Positions 8,694 to 19,625 of a DNA stretch of 64,000 nt are shown piece by piece; the first letter of the stretch is position 1, and each line of letters begins with the position of its first letter. The notes beneath the pieces were generated by a model. It was not told the DNA's origin. It saw nothing but the letters and a program-made list of their open reading frames with translations, and did no database searches. Source of the DNA: Ferruginibacter sp. (GTDB taxonomy: Bacteria > Bacteroidota > Bacteroidia > Chitinophagales > Chitinophagaceae); assembly GCA_025362235.1 (NCBI GenBank), contig JANYGZ010000095.1, positions 733 to 64,732 of the forward strand. The letters run 5' to 3'. The position numbers and the translations under genes were made by a program.

Positions 8694-10040
8694 GTGAAGA
8701 AGTTCATTCAAACACTAAAAAATATCTGGAGCATTGAAGAGCTGCGGAATAAGATATTGTTTACCTTAATGCTGATATTTATTTATCGCCTTGGTTCTTA
8801 TATTGTTCTTCCCGGTATCGATCCTAATAAACTGGCTAATCTAAGCAATAGCACTAAAAATGGTATGCTTGGCTTACTGGATGCATTTGTTGGCGGCGCT
8901 TTTTCTAAAGCCTCCATCTTAGCGTTAGGTATCATGCCCTATATTTCTGCTTCTATCTTTATGCAATTGATAACCATCCTGGTTCCTCAAATGGCTAAAG
9001 TGCAAAAAGAAGGAGAAAGCGGCAGAAAAAAAATCAATCAATGGACACGTTACCTTACAGTTATTGTTACTGCTTTTCAGGCAGCTGCTTATATCGGTTA
9101 TCTTAAAAGTGCAGGAAATGCAGAAGCACTCATTCATTCTTACGATAGCTATTTTGTTGTTTCTACAGTTATTCTTTTGACAACAGGTACATTGTTTGTA
9201 ATGTGGCTGGGTGAAAAAATTACTGATAAAGGTTTGGGTAATGGTACATCTATCATTATTATGATGGGTATTTTAGCCAGGCTTCCACAGGCATTTATAC
9301 AAGAGTGGAGTGCAAGAGCTACAAGAGGCGGCGGCGGATTATTAATCTTTTTAATTGAAATAGCTTTTTTAGTAGCTATCATAATGGGATTGATATTATT
9401 GATACAGGGAACGAGAAAAGTACCAGTTAATTATGCCAAGCAGATTGTTGGTAACCGGCAGTTTGGCGGAGCAAGAAACTTCTTGCCATTAAAGGTAAAT
9501 GCTTCTGGTGTGATGCCGATCATCTTTGCACAGGCAATCTTATTTTTACCAACGATATTTTCCGGTTTTACAGGCGGCGGATGGGCTCAATATTTTACTA
9601 ATCACACTAGTAAAGTTTATATGCTCGTGTATACAATTTGTGTAATAGCATTTACATTTTTGTACACAGCATTGATATTTAATCCAAAGCAAATGGCTGA
9701 AGATCTTAAGCGCAATAATGGTTTTATACCAGGGGTAAAACCAGGCCAGCCAACTGCAGATTATATTGGTACTATCATGGATAGAATTACTTTACCTGGC
9801 GCTATAATATTAGCCTTTGTAGGTATTTTGCCAGGATTGTTTCAATTGGTATTTAATACACAGCAGGCTTTTGCTACCTTCTACGGCGGTACTTCTTTAT
9901 TGATTATGGTGGCTGTAATTTTAGATACTTTGCAACAGGTAGAAACCCAGTTACTGATGCGTCAGTATGATGGCTTGATGAGTTCAGGACGGATACAGGG
10001 AAGACAGACATCATCTGCAGTATCCTCATCAGGTATTTAA
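8694..10040 (+). CDS. secY: Preprotein translocase subunit SecY (GTG start)
   Basis: ALGIMPYISASI, WLGEKITDKGLGNG, FIPGVKPG, GGTSLLI. Confidence 0.99.
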   Translation: MKKFIQTLKNIWSIEELRNKILFTLMLIFIYRLGSYIVLPGIDPNKLANLSNSTKNGMLGLLDAFVGGAFSKASILALGIMPYISASIFMQLITILVPQMAKVQKEGESGRKKINQWTRYLTVIVTAFQAAAYIGYLKSAGNAEALIHSYDSYFVVSTVILLTTGTLFVMWLGEKITDKGLGNGTSIIIMMGILARLPQAFIQEWSARATRGGGGLLIFLIEIAFLVAIIMGLILLIQGTRKVPVNYAKQIVGNRQFGGARNFLPLKVNASGVMPIIFAQAILFLPTIFSGFTGGGWAQYFTNHTSKVYMLVYTICVIAFTFLYTALIFNPKQMAEDLKRNNGFIPGVKPGQPTADYIGTIMDRITLPGAIILAFVGILPGLFQLVFNTQQAFATFYGGTSLLIMVAVILDTLQQVETQLLMRQYDGLMSSGRIQGRQTSSAVSSSGI

Positions 10041-10134
10041 GATAATCAATCCCAGTCATAAAGGGATAAACATAATTGTATTTTTAAACCCTGACAAACA
10101 AGTCGGGGTTTAATATTTACTCAATATTTTATAA

Positions 10135-10944
10135 ATGATTCATTATAAAACAAAATCGGAAATTGAATTGATGCGGGTAAGTAGTTTACTGGTAAGTAAA
10201 ACGCTTGCTCATATTGCTTCAATTATACGCCCCGGAATTTCTACCTGGGATATGGATCAGGTAGCAGAACAATTTATAAGGGATAATGGAGCAACACCTT
10301 CTTTTAAAGGTTACGGAAGCCCGGCATTTCCGTTTGCCTGCTGTATGTCTGTTAACGATGCAGTAGTACATGGTTTTCCAACAAAGGCTGCATTAAAAGA
10401 AGGAGATATTGTTTCTGTAGATGTGGGAACTTTTAAAAATGGTTTTCATGGAGATAGCGCATATACGTTTGCGATAGGAGAGATTGCACCAGAAATAAAA
10501 CAGCTATTAAGGATAACGAAAGATTCTTTATATAAAGGAATTGAAAAAGCAACACACGGTAACAGGGTAGGCGATATTTCTTATGCTGTACAAAATTATA
10601 CGGAGCGTGAACATGGCTACGGAGTGGTAAGAGAATTGGTTGGGCATGGATTGGGCAGGCACTTGCACGAAGAACCACAAGTACCTAATTATGGTAAAAG
10701 AGGTACCGGAGCCAAGCTGAAAGAAGGTATGGTTATAGCAATTGAACCGATGATTAACATGGGTACAAAAAATGTGTACCACGATAAAGACGGGTGGACG
10801 ATAAGAACCGAAGATGGCAAGCCGTCAGCACATTACGAACATAACGTGTGTATACAAAAAGGTACAAAGGCTGATATTTTATCTTCCTTTACTGAGATAG
10901 AAGCTGCTGAAAAAGCAAATACCAATTTGTGTTCTGATTATTAA
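10135..10944 (+). CDS. map: Type I methionine aminopeptidase
   Basis: VHGFP, GFHGDSA, GHGLG, IAIEPMI, SAHYEH. Confidence 0.98.
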   Translation: MIHYKTKSEIELMRVSSLLVSKTLAHIASIIRPGISTWDMDQVAEQFIRDNGATPSFKGYGSPAFPFACCMSVNDAVVHGFPTKAALKEGDIVSVDVGTFKNGFHGDSAYTFAIGEIAPEIKQLLRITKDSLYKGIEKATHGNRVGDISYAVQNYTEREHGYGVVRELVGHGLGRHLHEEPQVPNYGKRGTGAKLKEGMVIAIEPMINMGTKNVYHDKDGWTIRTEDGKPSAHYEHNVCIQKGTKADILSSFTEIEAAEKANTNLCSDY

Positions 10945-10991
10945 TATCAGTAACCCTATTACTTTCTGCAGATAGGGTCAAATTTTCTTTC

Positions 10992-12227
10992 ATGAATAAA
11001 AAGCGATTAATAGTAATTGGTGGAGGAGCCGCTGGGTTTTTCTGTGCTGTTAATGCAGCAAGGATAAATCCATTACTAGAAGTAGTTATTGTAGAGAAAA
11101 CCGGTAAACTTTTAAGTAAGGTAAAAGTAAGTGGTGGCGGCCGTTGTAATGTTACACACGCCTGTTATAGTATGGCAGATATGATTAAGGACTATCCCCG
11201 TGGTGGTAGCTTTTTGAAAAAAGCATTTCATCGTTTTTTTACTACTGATACAATTGCCTGGTTTAAGGAAAGAGGCGTAGAACTAAAAACTGAAACTGAT
11301 GGAAGGATGTTTCCGGTAACCAACAATTCGCAAACCATTATTGATTGCTTAATGCAGGAGGCAAATAAATACGGAGTTGATATATTGATGAATAAAGAAG
11401 TAAAATCAATCAATAAATCAGGCGATTACTTGCAGTTGCAGTTTGCGAATGAAAGTATTTTGGAGGCTGATTTTATTTGTATTGCAAGCGGCGGATATCC
11501 TAAATCAACACAGTTTGAGTGGTTAAAAAAAACCAGTCATACTATTGAAGAACCCGTTCCTTCATTATTTACTTTTAATATGCCCGGTAACACAATTACA
11601 ACATTGATGGGCGTTACTGTAGAAAATGTGGTGGTTAAAATAGTTGGTACAAAGCTTTCTCAACAAGGCCCATTGCTGATTACACACTGGGGCCTTAGCG
11701 GTCCGGTTATTTTAAAATTATCTGCCTGGGGTGCAAGACAGTTTGCTATTGATAATTATAAATTTACCGCCCTGGTAAATTGGTTACCCTTGTATAATGA
11801 ACAAACGCTAAAAGATAAATTTCAACAGGTACGTTTTGATATTGCTGCACAAAAAATAAGTAACAGAAACCCTTTTGCATTGCCACAACGATTGTGGCAA
11901 TATTTATTACTGCAATCTGGTATCAATGAAGACATGCGCTGGGCAGATCTTCCTGCCAGGGAACAAAACAAACTGATCAAAAATTTATGTGTGCAGGAAT
12001 TTGCAATAAATGGAAAAACAACTTTTAAAGAAGAGTTTGTAACAGCAGGCGGTATTGTATTAGATGAAATAGATTATAACAGTATGGAAAGTAAAATTGT
12101 ACGCAACCTGTTTTTTTGTGGTGAAGTAACTAATACAGATGGCGTAACAGGTGGCTTTAATTTTCAAAATGCATGGACAACCGGGTGGATTGCAGCAGCA
12201 GCAATAGCAAATAAATCGACTCAATAA
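10992..12227 (+). CDS. HI0933/BaiN/YhiN(RdsA)-family flavoprotein
   Basis: IGGGAAG, SGGGRCNVT, VTAGG, GEVTNTDGVTGGFNFQNAW. Confidence 0.9.
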   Translation: MNKKRLIVIGGGAAGFFCAVNAARINPLLEVVIVEKTGKLLSKVKVSGGGRCNVTHACYSMADMIKDYPRGGSFLKKAFHRFFTTDTIAWFKERGVELKTETDGRMFPVTNNSQTIIDCLMQEANKYGVDILMNKEVKSINKSGDYLQLQFANESILEADFICIASGGYPKSTQFEWLKKTSHTIEEPVPSLFTFNMPGNTITTLMGVTVENVVVKIVGTKLSQQGPLLITHWGLSGPVILKLSAWGARQFAIDNYKFTALVNWLPLYNEQTLKDKFQQVRFDIAAQKISNRNPFALPQRLWQYLLLQSGINEDMRWADLPAREQNKLIKNLCVQEFAINGKTTFKEEFVTAGGIVLDEIDYNSMESKIVRNLFFCGEVTNTDGVTGGFNFQNAWTTGWIAAAAIANKSTQ

Positions 12228-12249
12228 TTGTAATGTAAAAACTCGTCAC

Positions 12250-12729
12250 TTATAAATCATCACTTATAACTTTTTTATCCATCCAGTTTTTTTCTTTGGT
12301 ATCTCCGCTAGCAATAATAAGTGCTGTAAAAAATAACATAACTATTTGTATAATCCAGGCATATTGAGAATTGTCTTCATATGTAAGCAGGAAACTTTTT
12401 TGAACGCCAAATAATTTTAGCGAAGAGAGTATCATTGTACAAACACAAAACAAACTGCCAATAATAAGAAATGCCCTTGCAATAACGGTTGCTGTTTTAC
12501 TTTTAGATAAAGTAATTTTTTTATGAAGATAATAGTAGCCCGAAAAGAAAATAATGTATGGAATTACAATAATGATGAAATTAAAAAAAATATCGAACCC
12601 CGGAATATTAAATAGTGTAATGGAACATAATTTGAGCAGGTAAAAAATAACAATAAGTAAACCTAAAAAAGCAACAAACCCACTAAAAAGCAAGGCCATC
12701 AATTTAAAATATTTATTAAAATTATTCAT
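12250..12729 (-). CDS. Hypothetical membrane protein (~4 TM)
   Basis: 159-aa hydrophobic ORF preceded by TACCTTTG -7 motif at 12734-12741. Confidence 0.7.
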   Translation of the reverse strand: MNNFNKYFKLMALLFSGFVAFLGLLIVIFYLLKLCSITLFNIPGFDIFFNFIIIVIPYIIFFSGYYYLHKKITLSKSKTATVIARAFLIIGSLFCVCTMILSSLKLFGVQKSFLLTYEDNSQYAWIIQIVMLFFTALIIASGDTKEKNWMDKKVISDDL

Positions 12730-12830
12730 CTGTCAAAGGTAATTGGTTTTTTGCTGCACTTCGGGTTGCCCTGTAATACACAATACAATTATTTTTTCTT
12801 GATCAACTAACTTAATATTATTGGATTAAT

Positions 12831-12863
12831 ATAAAAAGTCCCACTGCAGTTGCAATGGGACTT
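12831..12863 (-). terminator. Rho-independent terminator of rpsA
   Basis: AAGTCCCA...TGGGACTT stem followed by T-run on minus strand. Confidence 0.75.
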
Positions 12864-12884
12864 CTATATCTTTTTTATAAAAGA

Positions 12885-14873
12885 TTACTCAGCTTTTGGC
12901 TCTTCTTTAGTTTCAGCTTTTGGTTCTTCAATAGTTTTATCAACTACAGCATTATCCATTTTAGCTTTTAATCCTGCTAATACGCCAAGATCACCTAAGG
13001 TTGATTTTTCTACTTTGCTTTGTAGGGTTTTCACTGCCTTTTTGGTTACTTCAGCATCTGCTTTCTTTTCTTTTATCACAGCTTGTTTTTCTTCTTCTAT
13101 CACCTGTTCCCACATACGGGTATGGCTTAACACAATGCGTTTGTCGTTACGGTCAAATTCAATTACCATAAACTGGGCAATTTCATCGGCAACAATACTT
13201 TTGCCATCTTCTTTTGTAAGATGACGGTTTGGCGCAAAACCCTCCAATCCGTATGGTAATTGTACTACAGCGCCCTTATCATCTTTTTTGGTAACGGTAC
13301 CTTCATGCGTTGTTCCTACAGCGAAAGTTTCTTCCAGTGAATTCCATGGATCTTCTTCAATCTGTTTGTGGCCTAACTGCAGTTTGCGCCCGTCTTTATC
13401 AATGTTCATAATGATCACTTCTATAGCAGCACCAACTTTCGTGTATTCGTTAGGGTTATTGAAGCGCTTTAACCAGCTTAAATCGCTGATATGGATCATG
13501 CCGCCAATACCTGTTGCCATTTCAATAAATACACCGTAAGGAGTAATATTTTTAACAGTACCTGTATGTTTGCTTCCTTCTGGAAACTTAACATCAATTT
13601 CGCTCCAAGGGTCGTTAGCCATTTGTTTTATAGAAAGACTCATCTTGCGTGTATCCTTGTCTAACGTAACAATTTTAGCTTCGTACTCATCACCCAACTT
13701 AAAGAATTCTTTAGCATTGATTGGAGTGTTTGCCCATGTAATTTCACTTACGTGTACCAAACCTTCCACACCCGGCATTATTTCAAGGAAAGCGCCGTAG
13801 TCTTCAATATTTACTACTTTACCTTTCACTACTTCACCTTCTTTAATTGATTCGCTTAACGTATCCCAAGGATGCGGTGTCAATTGTTTTAAACCAAGAC
13901 TGATACGTTTTTTATCATCATCAAAATCCAATACCACAACGTTTAGTTTCTGGTCCATCTTCAACACTTCTGTTGGATGGTTGATACGTCCCCATGAAAT
14001 ATCAGTGATGTATAATAAACCATCTAAGCCGCCCAAATCAAGAAACGCACCGAAGTCGGTAATGTTTTTGATGGTACCTTCCAATACCTGGCCTTTTTCA
14101 AGTTTGCCAATAATTTCAGCTCGCTGTGCTTCAATATCGCTTTCAATAAGTGCTTTATGAGATACAACAGCATTCTTGATAGTTTCGTTTATCTTAACTA
14201 CTTTAAATTCCATTGTTTTACCAACAAACTGATCGTAATCTGTAACTGGTTTAACATCAATCTGGCTGCCTGGTAAAAATGTCTCCATACCAAATACATC
14301 CACAATAAGGCCACCCTTGGTTTTGCTGGTAACAATACCGGTAACAATTTCGCCGGTTTTGTGCAGTTCAACAATTCTTTCCCATGCTCTGCTGGTACGG
14401 GCCTGTTTGCGGCTAAGGTTTAAGTTACCTTCCCTGTCTTCTTTTTCTACCACCATTACTTCAATCACATCCCCAACTTTCAATCCGCCTACTATATCCC
14501 TGAATTCATTCAGAGAAATAAGGCCATCACTTTTAAAACCAATGTTTACAACTGCATCTGTTTTTGTAATAGCTTCAATGGTAGCCTGGATCATTTCGCC
14601 ATCATTGATCTGTTTAAATGTGTTGTCGTAAACAACATCATACTTGGCTTTTTCTTCTTTGTTGTAACTTGAAACGTTGCGTTTGTCAACACTCCAGTCG
14701 AAGTCGTCATGAGCTGTAACTATTCTTTCTTCAACAGGTGCTTTGGCCACTACAGCTTCTGTAGCAGGCGCTTCAACAGGCACATTTGTTACCGCAGCAG
14801 TTTCAGCTACATCATTGGTAGCCGCTCCTTCCTGTGCATCTGCGTTTAATTGTTTAATAATGTTAAATGACAT
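12885..14873 (-). CDS. rpsA: 30S ribosomal protein S1
   Basis: Multiple S1 domains (FLPGSQID, DFGAFLDLGGLDGLL, GLVHVSEITW). Confidence 0.98.
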   Translation of the reverse strand: MSFNIIKQLNADAQEGAATNDVAETAAVTNVPVEAPATEAVVAKAPVEERIVTAHDDFDWSVDKRNVSSYNKEEKAKYDVVYDNTFKQINDGEMIQATIEAITKTDAVVNIGFKSDGLISLNEFRDIVGGLKVGDVIEVMVVEKEDREGNLNLSRKQARTSRAWERIVELHKTGEIVTGIVTSKTKGGLIVDVFGMETFLPGSQIDVKPVTDYDQFVGKTMEFKVVKINETIKNAVVSHKALIESDIEAQRAEIIGKLEKGQVLEGTIKNITDFGAFLDLGGLDGLLYITDISWGRINHPTEVLKMDQKLNVVVLDFDDDKKRISLGLKQLTPHPWDTLSESIKEGEVVKGKVVNIEDYGAFLEIMPGVEGLVHVSEITWANTPINAKEFFKLGDEYEAKIVTLDKDTRKMSLSIKQMANDPWSEIDVKFPEGSKHTGTVKNITPYGVFIEMATGIGGMIHISDLSWLKRFNNPNEYTKVGAAIEVIIMNIDKDGRKLQLGHKQIEEDPWNSLEETFAVGTTHEGTVTKKDDKGAVVQLPYGLEGFAPNRHLTKEDGKSIVADEIAQFMVIEFDRNDKRIVLSHTRMWEQVIEEEKQAVIKEKKADAEVTKKAVKTLQSKVEKSTLGDLGVLAGLKAKMDNAVVDKTIEEPKAETKEEPKAE

Positions 14874-14903
14874 AATATAATCCCCGGTTTTTTAACGGGA
14901 GGG

Positions 14904-14911
14904 CAAAGGTA
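14904..14911 (-). promoter_or_regulatory. Bacteroidota housekeeping -7 promoter element of rpsA
   Basis: TACCTTTG matches TAnnTTTG, ~30 nt upstream of start. Confidence 0.6.
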
Positions 14912-15238
14912 ATAAAATATAGGCAATAAAGTGCAGGAACAGCAGGTTTTTATAGGGTTTCAGCGTTTTTTTGCAACCTAAAATGGCATTTTTTATTTTT
15001 TTGGTTACCAGCAGTTATTTTTCATGGCTTAATCGTTGCCACGCTCAGTTCAAAGGCATACCAATAGGCAGCTTTTATTGAATCGATTTTAACTATTTCC
15101 TCAAAGAAATTATAATCAGATATTGCAACCAAAAATCACTTACCAACAAAAGTGGTCCTGGCATTAACAGTCAATAGTTAACATTATCGTATCTTTTCAC
15201 TCATTAAGTCTCCATCATTTGTGGAAAGTTTGTAAAAT

Positions 15239-16696
15239 ATGCAGTCTTTTAAAAAGTACCTTCTTATTCCGTGTTTATTGTTGTATAATTTCATGGCGGC
15301 ACAAAATTACCAGGCCATCAATGGGTCTCCTTATGCAGGTAGTTTGGCACCCGGCAGTAACCCTGCGTTTATTATAAATGTTCCTTATGCATGGGATATT
15401 ACAGTTTTTGCGGTTCAGGCAAAACAAACTACCAATGCTTTTACAATAGAAAATTATTCGTTGCTTTCTTCTCCAAAAAATGCAACAATAACAGCTCAAA
15501 ATGGCGATATGAAAAGATGGGTATTCGCCAACCAGGATATCCGTGTATTGAATGCAAGAATTAACCTCAACGAAAAATCAGCCATTGCTTTTGGTGCCAA
15601 CATTCGTAATTATGTATATTCAAATACCAGTGAATCTGACTGGCAGGATACCACCCGTAGCCTTGCTGATTATATGAAAATTAATCTAAACCATATGCCC
15701 TTATCTGTACAAGCCATCGAAAGTACATGGGCAGAATTATATGGTACATATGCACACAACATTATTGATGATGGGCTAAGAATACTGAATGCAGGCATCA
15801 CCTTAAAAGTAAACAGGGCATTGGCGTATGGCTATGCAAATGCACAGGAATTAAGTTATACTTCTACAGCTAATAGTTATTTACTTACTACAGGCAGTTT
15901 GCAATATGGGTATTCTTCAAATTTTGATGATATTGATAGTAATGCATCTGCTGCTACTAACTGGAAAAATTTTTATCGTACTACCCGTTCCAGTATCAGT
16001 GCCGACCTGGGACTGGAATTTATTATTAGATCAAATAATAACGATGAGGAAAACAGCGTTTATTTGTATCAAACAAAAATAGGTATGTCAATCATGGACA
16101 TAGGAAAAAATAAATATACCCAAGGGCGGTATAGCACTTATGCAACAACATGGTTACCGGGCACTACCGATACGGTACTTGAAAATAAATTTTCGAATAT
16201 TACTTCCCTTAAGAATTTTAATGACAGCCTTGCAAGTATATCCCAAACTTTTACTCAAGCTGTAGGTGATTTTTATATATATCAACCCACCCGCTTAGTT
16301 ATAAATGTAGATCAGCATCTTGTAAATAACTTTTTTCTAAATGCCGAAATAACTATACCGCTACTTTCATTAGTACCCAAAAAATTACTTTACATGAGAG
16401 ATATGAATTTACTTGCAATTACACCAAGGTGGGAAACAAAATCATTAGGGGCATATTTCCCCATTCTTTTAAATACAAAGGGCCAGGTATGGGTTGGCGG
16501 GGCATTTAAGGCTGGCCCGGTTTTATTGGGCTTACATAACCTGGCTACTTTATTTTCAAAAAATAAGTCGCAGACCGGTGGGGGGTACCTGGCATTTACC
16601 ATCCGGCCTGGAAAAAACTCTGAGCAGCAATCTGGATATTCAAAAGATAAACTAACAAAAAAGGAAAGACGAAATTTGGAATGCCCAAAGTTTTAA
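15239..16696 (+). CDS. Outer-membrane beta-barrel-like protein, DUF5723-like
   Basis: Signal peptide, alternating beta-strand pattern, C-terminal ...CPKF; family from recall. Confidence 0.6.
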   Translation: MQSFKKYLLIPCLLLYNFMAAQNYQAINGSPYAGSLAPGSNPAFIINVPYAWDITVFAVQAKQTTNAFTIENYSLLSSPKNATITAQNGDMKRWVFANQDIRVLNARINLNEKSAIAFGANIRNYVYSNTSESDWQDTTRSLADYMKINLNHMPLSVQAIESTWAELYGTYAHNIIDDGLRILNAGITLKVNRALAYGYANAQELSYTSTANSYLLTTGSLQYGYSSNFDDIDSNASAATNWKNFYRTTRSSISADLGLEFIIRSNNNDEENSVYLYQTKIGMSIMDIGKNKYTQGRYSTYATTWLPGTTDTVLENKFSNITSLKNFNDSLASISQTFTQAVGDFYIYQPTRLVINVDQHLVNNFFLNAEITIPLLSLVPKKLLYMRDMNLLAITPRWETKSLGAYFPILLNTKGQVWVGGAFKAGPVLLGLHNLATLFSKNKSQTGGGYLAFTIRPGKNSEQQSGYSKDKLTKKERRNLECPKF

Positions 16697-16930
16697 AATA
16701 CCTCAAGATATTGACGAGCTTTTATAATCTGTCAAGGCAACTAAGGTGGGAAAATTCACCAGTTAACTTTTTTCAGGACGGGTCAAAACTGTTTTGTAGT
16801 TTACGTCCTTTTTCGCAAATAGGGTAAACAGGGCAGTTACTGCTTTTATAGTATTTGTATAAACTACCACAAATACTTAAATTATTTTTTAAGTGCTGTT
16901 TTTTCATAACCAATGTCTCAGATAAAAATT

Positions 16931-17587
16931 TTATAATGTCTGCATCAGCAGAGAATTAAAATTTACCAAAGAAGAAATTTTTAAATCTGCGGCATTGAAC
17001 CTTTCATTTTTACTATCATGAGCAGCCGGAACTACCACACATTTCATACGGGCGGCTTTTGCTGCAATCAGGCCATTAAAAGAATCTTCAAAACATATAC
17101 ATTCCGTTGGGTGGCTGTTAAGTGCTTCAGCACAGTTTAAATATACCTGTGGATGAGGTTTGCCATAAGGCAGGTCGGATGCTGATTCAATAGATTGTAA
17201 ATAATTACGGATACCCAGTTTATCCACCACCAAATCAATTAAAGGTTTACCCGAAGAGGTAGCCAGGCCAATCTTAAAATTTCTTTCAATAAAAAAATTA
17301 AAAATATGTGCTACACCTGGCATTGCATTGCCTTTCGCCGCTACCTTTTCCACTACCTTTTTCAATATATCAGTTTCTGCAGCAGCATTATGACGGGCAT
17401 CAATTTTATAATAATTAAACCACCATTCAACAAACTCTTTTGTGCGCATACCCGTAGTAGTGGCATACTGGGCCTTGGTTAACTGAAAATTATATTGTTG
17501 AAAAATTTCAGTGGCAGCTTCATCCCACAAAGGCTCTGAGTTTATCAGTAAGCCATCCATATCAAATATTACAGTGTTAAATTGCAT
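16931..17587 (-). CDS. HAD-family sugar phosphatase (HxpB/YniC-like)
   Basis: IFDMDGLL, GKPHPQVY, FEDSFNG. Confidence 0.9.
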   Translation of the reverse strand: MQFNTVIFDMDGLLINSEPLWDEAATEIFQQYNFQLTKAQYATTTGMRTKEFVEWWFNYYKIDARHNAAAETDILKKVVEKVAAKGNAMPGVAHIFNFFIERNFKIGLATSSGKPLIDLVVDKLGIRNYLQSIESASDLPYGKPHPQVYLNCAEALNSHPTECICFEDSFNGLIAAKAARMKCVVVPAAHDSKNERFNAADLKISSLVNFNSLLMQTL

Positions 17588-17704
17588 AGTGGTAAAGATA
17601 TTAACAAATTTTTTGTGTCAAAAACTACTCATAAAAAAATAGCCTCCCTGATTTCAAAATTGATTAATGTGTATATTGCATAACGGCACTGCTAAAATAA
17701 TTAC

Positions 17705-18475
17705 ATGTCAACTTTTTTTGCCAGATTGAAAGAAACCCGATTAGTGAAGGGATTAGTATATGCCATTGTTGGCGCAGCCTCATATCCCGGTATAAATATC
17801 TTTAATAAACTACAGGTTAATGGTATGGAAAACCTGCATACACTTCCTAAAAGAAATGTGCTTTTTGTAAGTAATCATCAAACTTATTTTGCAGATGTAA
17901 TAACCTTTATACATATTTTTTGTGCGGTTAGCTGGCGTAAAAAATATAAACTGGGCATACCTTTTTATTTACTATGGCCATTTACCAGAATAAAATATGT
18001 AGCTGCTGAAGAAACAATGAAAAGTAACTGGCTTAGCAAACTATTAAGTTTGGGTGGCGCCATTACTGTAAAGCGTACCTGGCGATCTGAAGGAACAGAA
18101 GTAAGAAGAAGCCTTGACCCGACCGATACAAGAAAAATTGAAAGGGCATTAAAAGATAATTGGGTCATTACTTTTCCGCAGGGTACCACCAAACCTTTTG
18201 CACCCGGTCGCAAAGGCACAGCATTTATTATAAAGCAGCATCGCCCGATTGTAATTCCGGTAGTGATTAATGGCTATTGGCGGGCCTTTAATAAAAAGGG
18301 ATTAAAATTAAAAAAACGGGGCTCTCTGCTTTCAGTTACATTTAAAGAACCTTTAGATATAGACTACAATGATACCTGCGAAAATATCCTTGAAAAAGTA
18401 ATGGACGCTATAGAACAGAGCAAACAATATATGCTTAGGGGCAAGCATCATTTAATGAGTTCACTTGATAAATAA
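17705..18475 (+). CDS. Lysophospholipid/1-acyl-glycerol-3-phosphate acyltransferase
   Basis: SNHQTYFAD (HX4D), FPQGTT. Confidence 0.88.
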   Translation: MSTFFARLKETRLVKGLVYAIVGAASYPGINIFNKLQVNGMENLHTLPKRNVLFVSNHQTYFADVITFIHIFCAVSWRKKYKLGIPFYLLWPFTRIKYVAAEETMKSNWLSKLLSLGGAITVKRTWRSEGTEVRRSLDPTDTRKIERALKDNWVITFPQGTTKPFAPGRKGTAFIIKQHRPIVIPVVINGYWRAFNKKGLKLKKRGSLLSVTFKEPLDIDYNDTCENILEKVMDAIEQSKQYMLRGKHHLMSSLDK

Positions 18476-18478
18476 GCT

Positions 18479-19582
18479 ATGGCCACTTTGTACATGAAAT
18501 ATCATTGCTGCTTCGTTTTGTTTATCTTCTTTTTCTTTAAGCAAGCCTGTACTCAAACAAGCTTTACCGGTAAAGTAATCAATGAAACTGATAATAGCCC
18601 TATCCAAAACGCTTCAGTATATTTTAATAACACAACCATTGCCACCCAAACAAACAAGCAAGGCGAATTTAGTTTCGAAGACATTAATTCTTTAAACACG
18701 GAGCTTGTTATTTTTTGCTACGGATATGAATTAATTGTGTTTAAGCCAACTGCGGCTCAACTGGCGGTTAAAAGATTTATTTTTAAACTGCATCCAAAGG
18801 AAATACTGCGAACAAAAAAAGACGTTCCTGTAGACAAAGCATTTTACCAGTATATTTTTCATAAAAATTTTATTGGTATTACTGAAGAGGCTGCAGAGAG
18901 TTCAATCACCAACGAAAAGGATATTTATTTTATTGGGGATACAATTGGCAAAGCTTTGAGGGTTTTTGCAGACACGTCCGTTGAAATAGTAAACAGACTG
19001 CTGGGCTATAAAATGAGTTATAATCTTGTAGAGTTTTTATACCGCGGAATAGGCGATGAGGCATTTTTTACCGGCTATTGCCGTTACGAAAAACTGGGAG
19101 AAGATAAAAAATATCAACACTCCCGCGATAATTGTTACAAAGGCAGCATGCAGCATTTTTACCGAAGCCTTGTTGCCGATCAGTTATACCAGCAGGGTTT
19201 CAATACATTTTTAATCAGTGCCACAATAGCACCAGGGGATAGTACTAATACTATCATTTACAGTAGAGAAAATGCCAGGCCAATAACTGCACAACAAATA
19301 TTAATGATAGACAGCACCAATAATTTCTCCATCGACATTAATGGACGGTTGCTGGTTCAATACAATAAAAATCCTGCTACAAAATCATATCTCTCCCAGA
19401 TAGTGCCTTACCTATCCGGTAATCTGGATAAGGGTATTGAAGTGTATATTGATTTTAGAAATTCGCCAATAGAACTTACTAGTATTGGCGTGCCTGTTGA
19501 TGATGCAAATATGTCTCTTGATGGGTATTGGAATTATGACAGAGTGGCCAACACTTTGCCATATGATTATGAGCCAGAATAG
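18479..19582 (+). CDS. Carboxypeptidase-regulatory-like domain protein, paralog 1
   Basis: N-terminal GKV..ASVYFNNTTI.TQTN..GEF; shared FLG, LGY and GYW motifs with next ORF. Confidence 0.75.
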   Translation: MATLYMKYHCCFVLFIFFFFKQACTQTSFTGKVINETDNSPIQNASVYFNNTTIATQTNKQGEFSFEDINSLNTELVIFCYGYELIVFKPTAAQLAVKRFIFKLHPKEILRTKKDVPVDKAFYQYIFHKNFIGITEEAAESSITNEKDIYFIGDTIGKALRVFADTSVEIVNRLLGYKMSYNLVEFLYRGIGDEAFFTGYCRYEKLGEDKKYQHSRDNCYKGSMQHFYRSLVADQLYQQGFNTFLISATIAPGDSTNTIIYSRENARPITAQQILMIDSTNNFSIDINGRLLVQYNKNPATKSYLSQIVPYLSGNLDKGIEVYIDFRNSPIELTSIGVPVDDANMSLDGYWNYDRVANTLPYDYEPE

Positions 19583-19625
19583 TACTAATTGAATTCAACA
19601 GCTATGGTGCGATTAAAATATTTGA

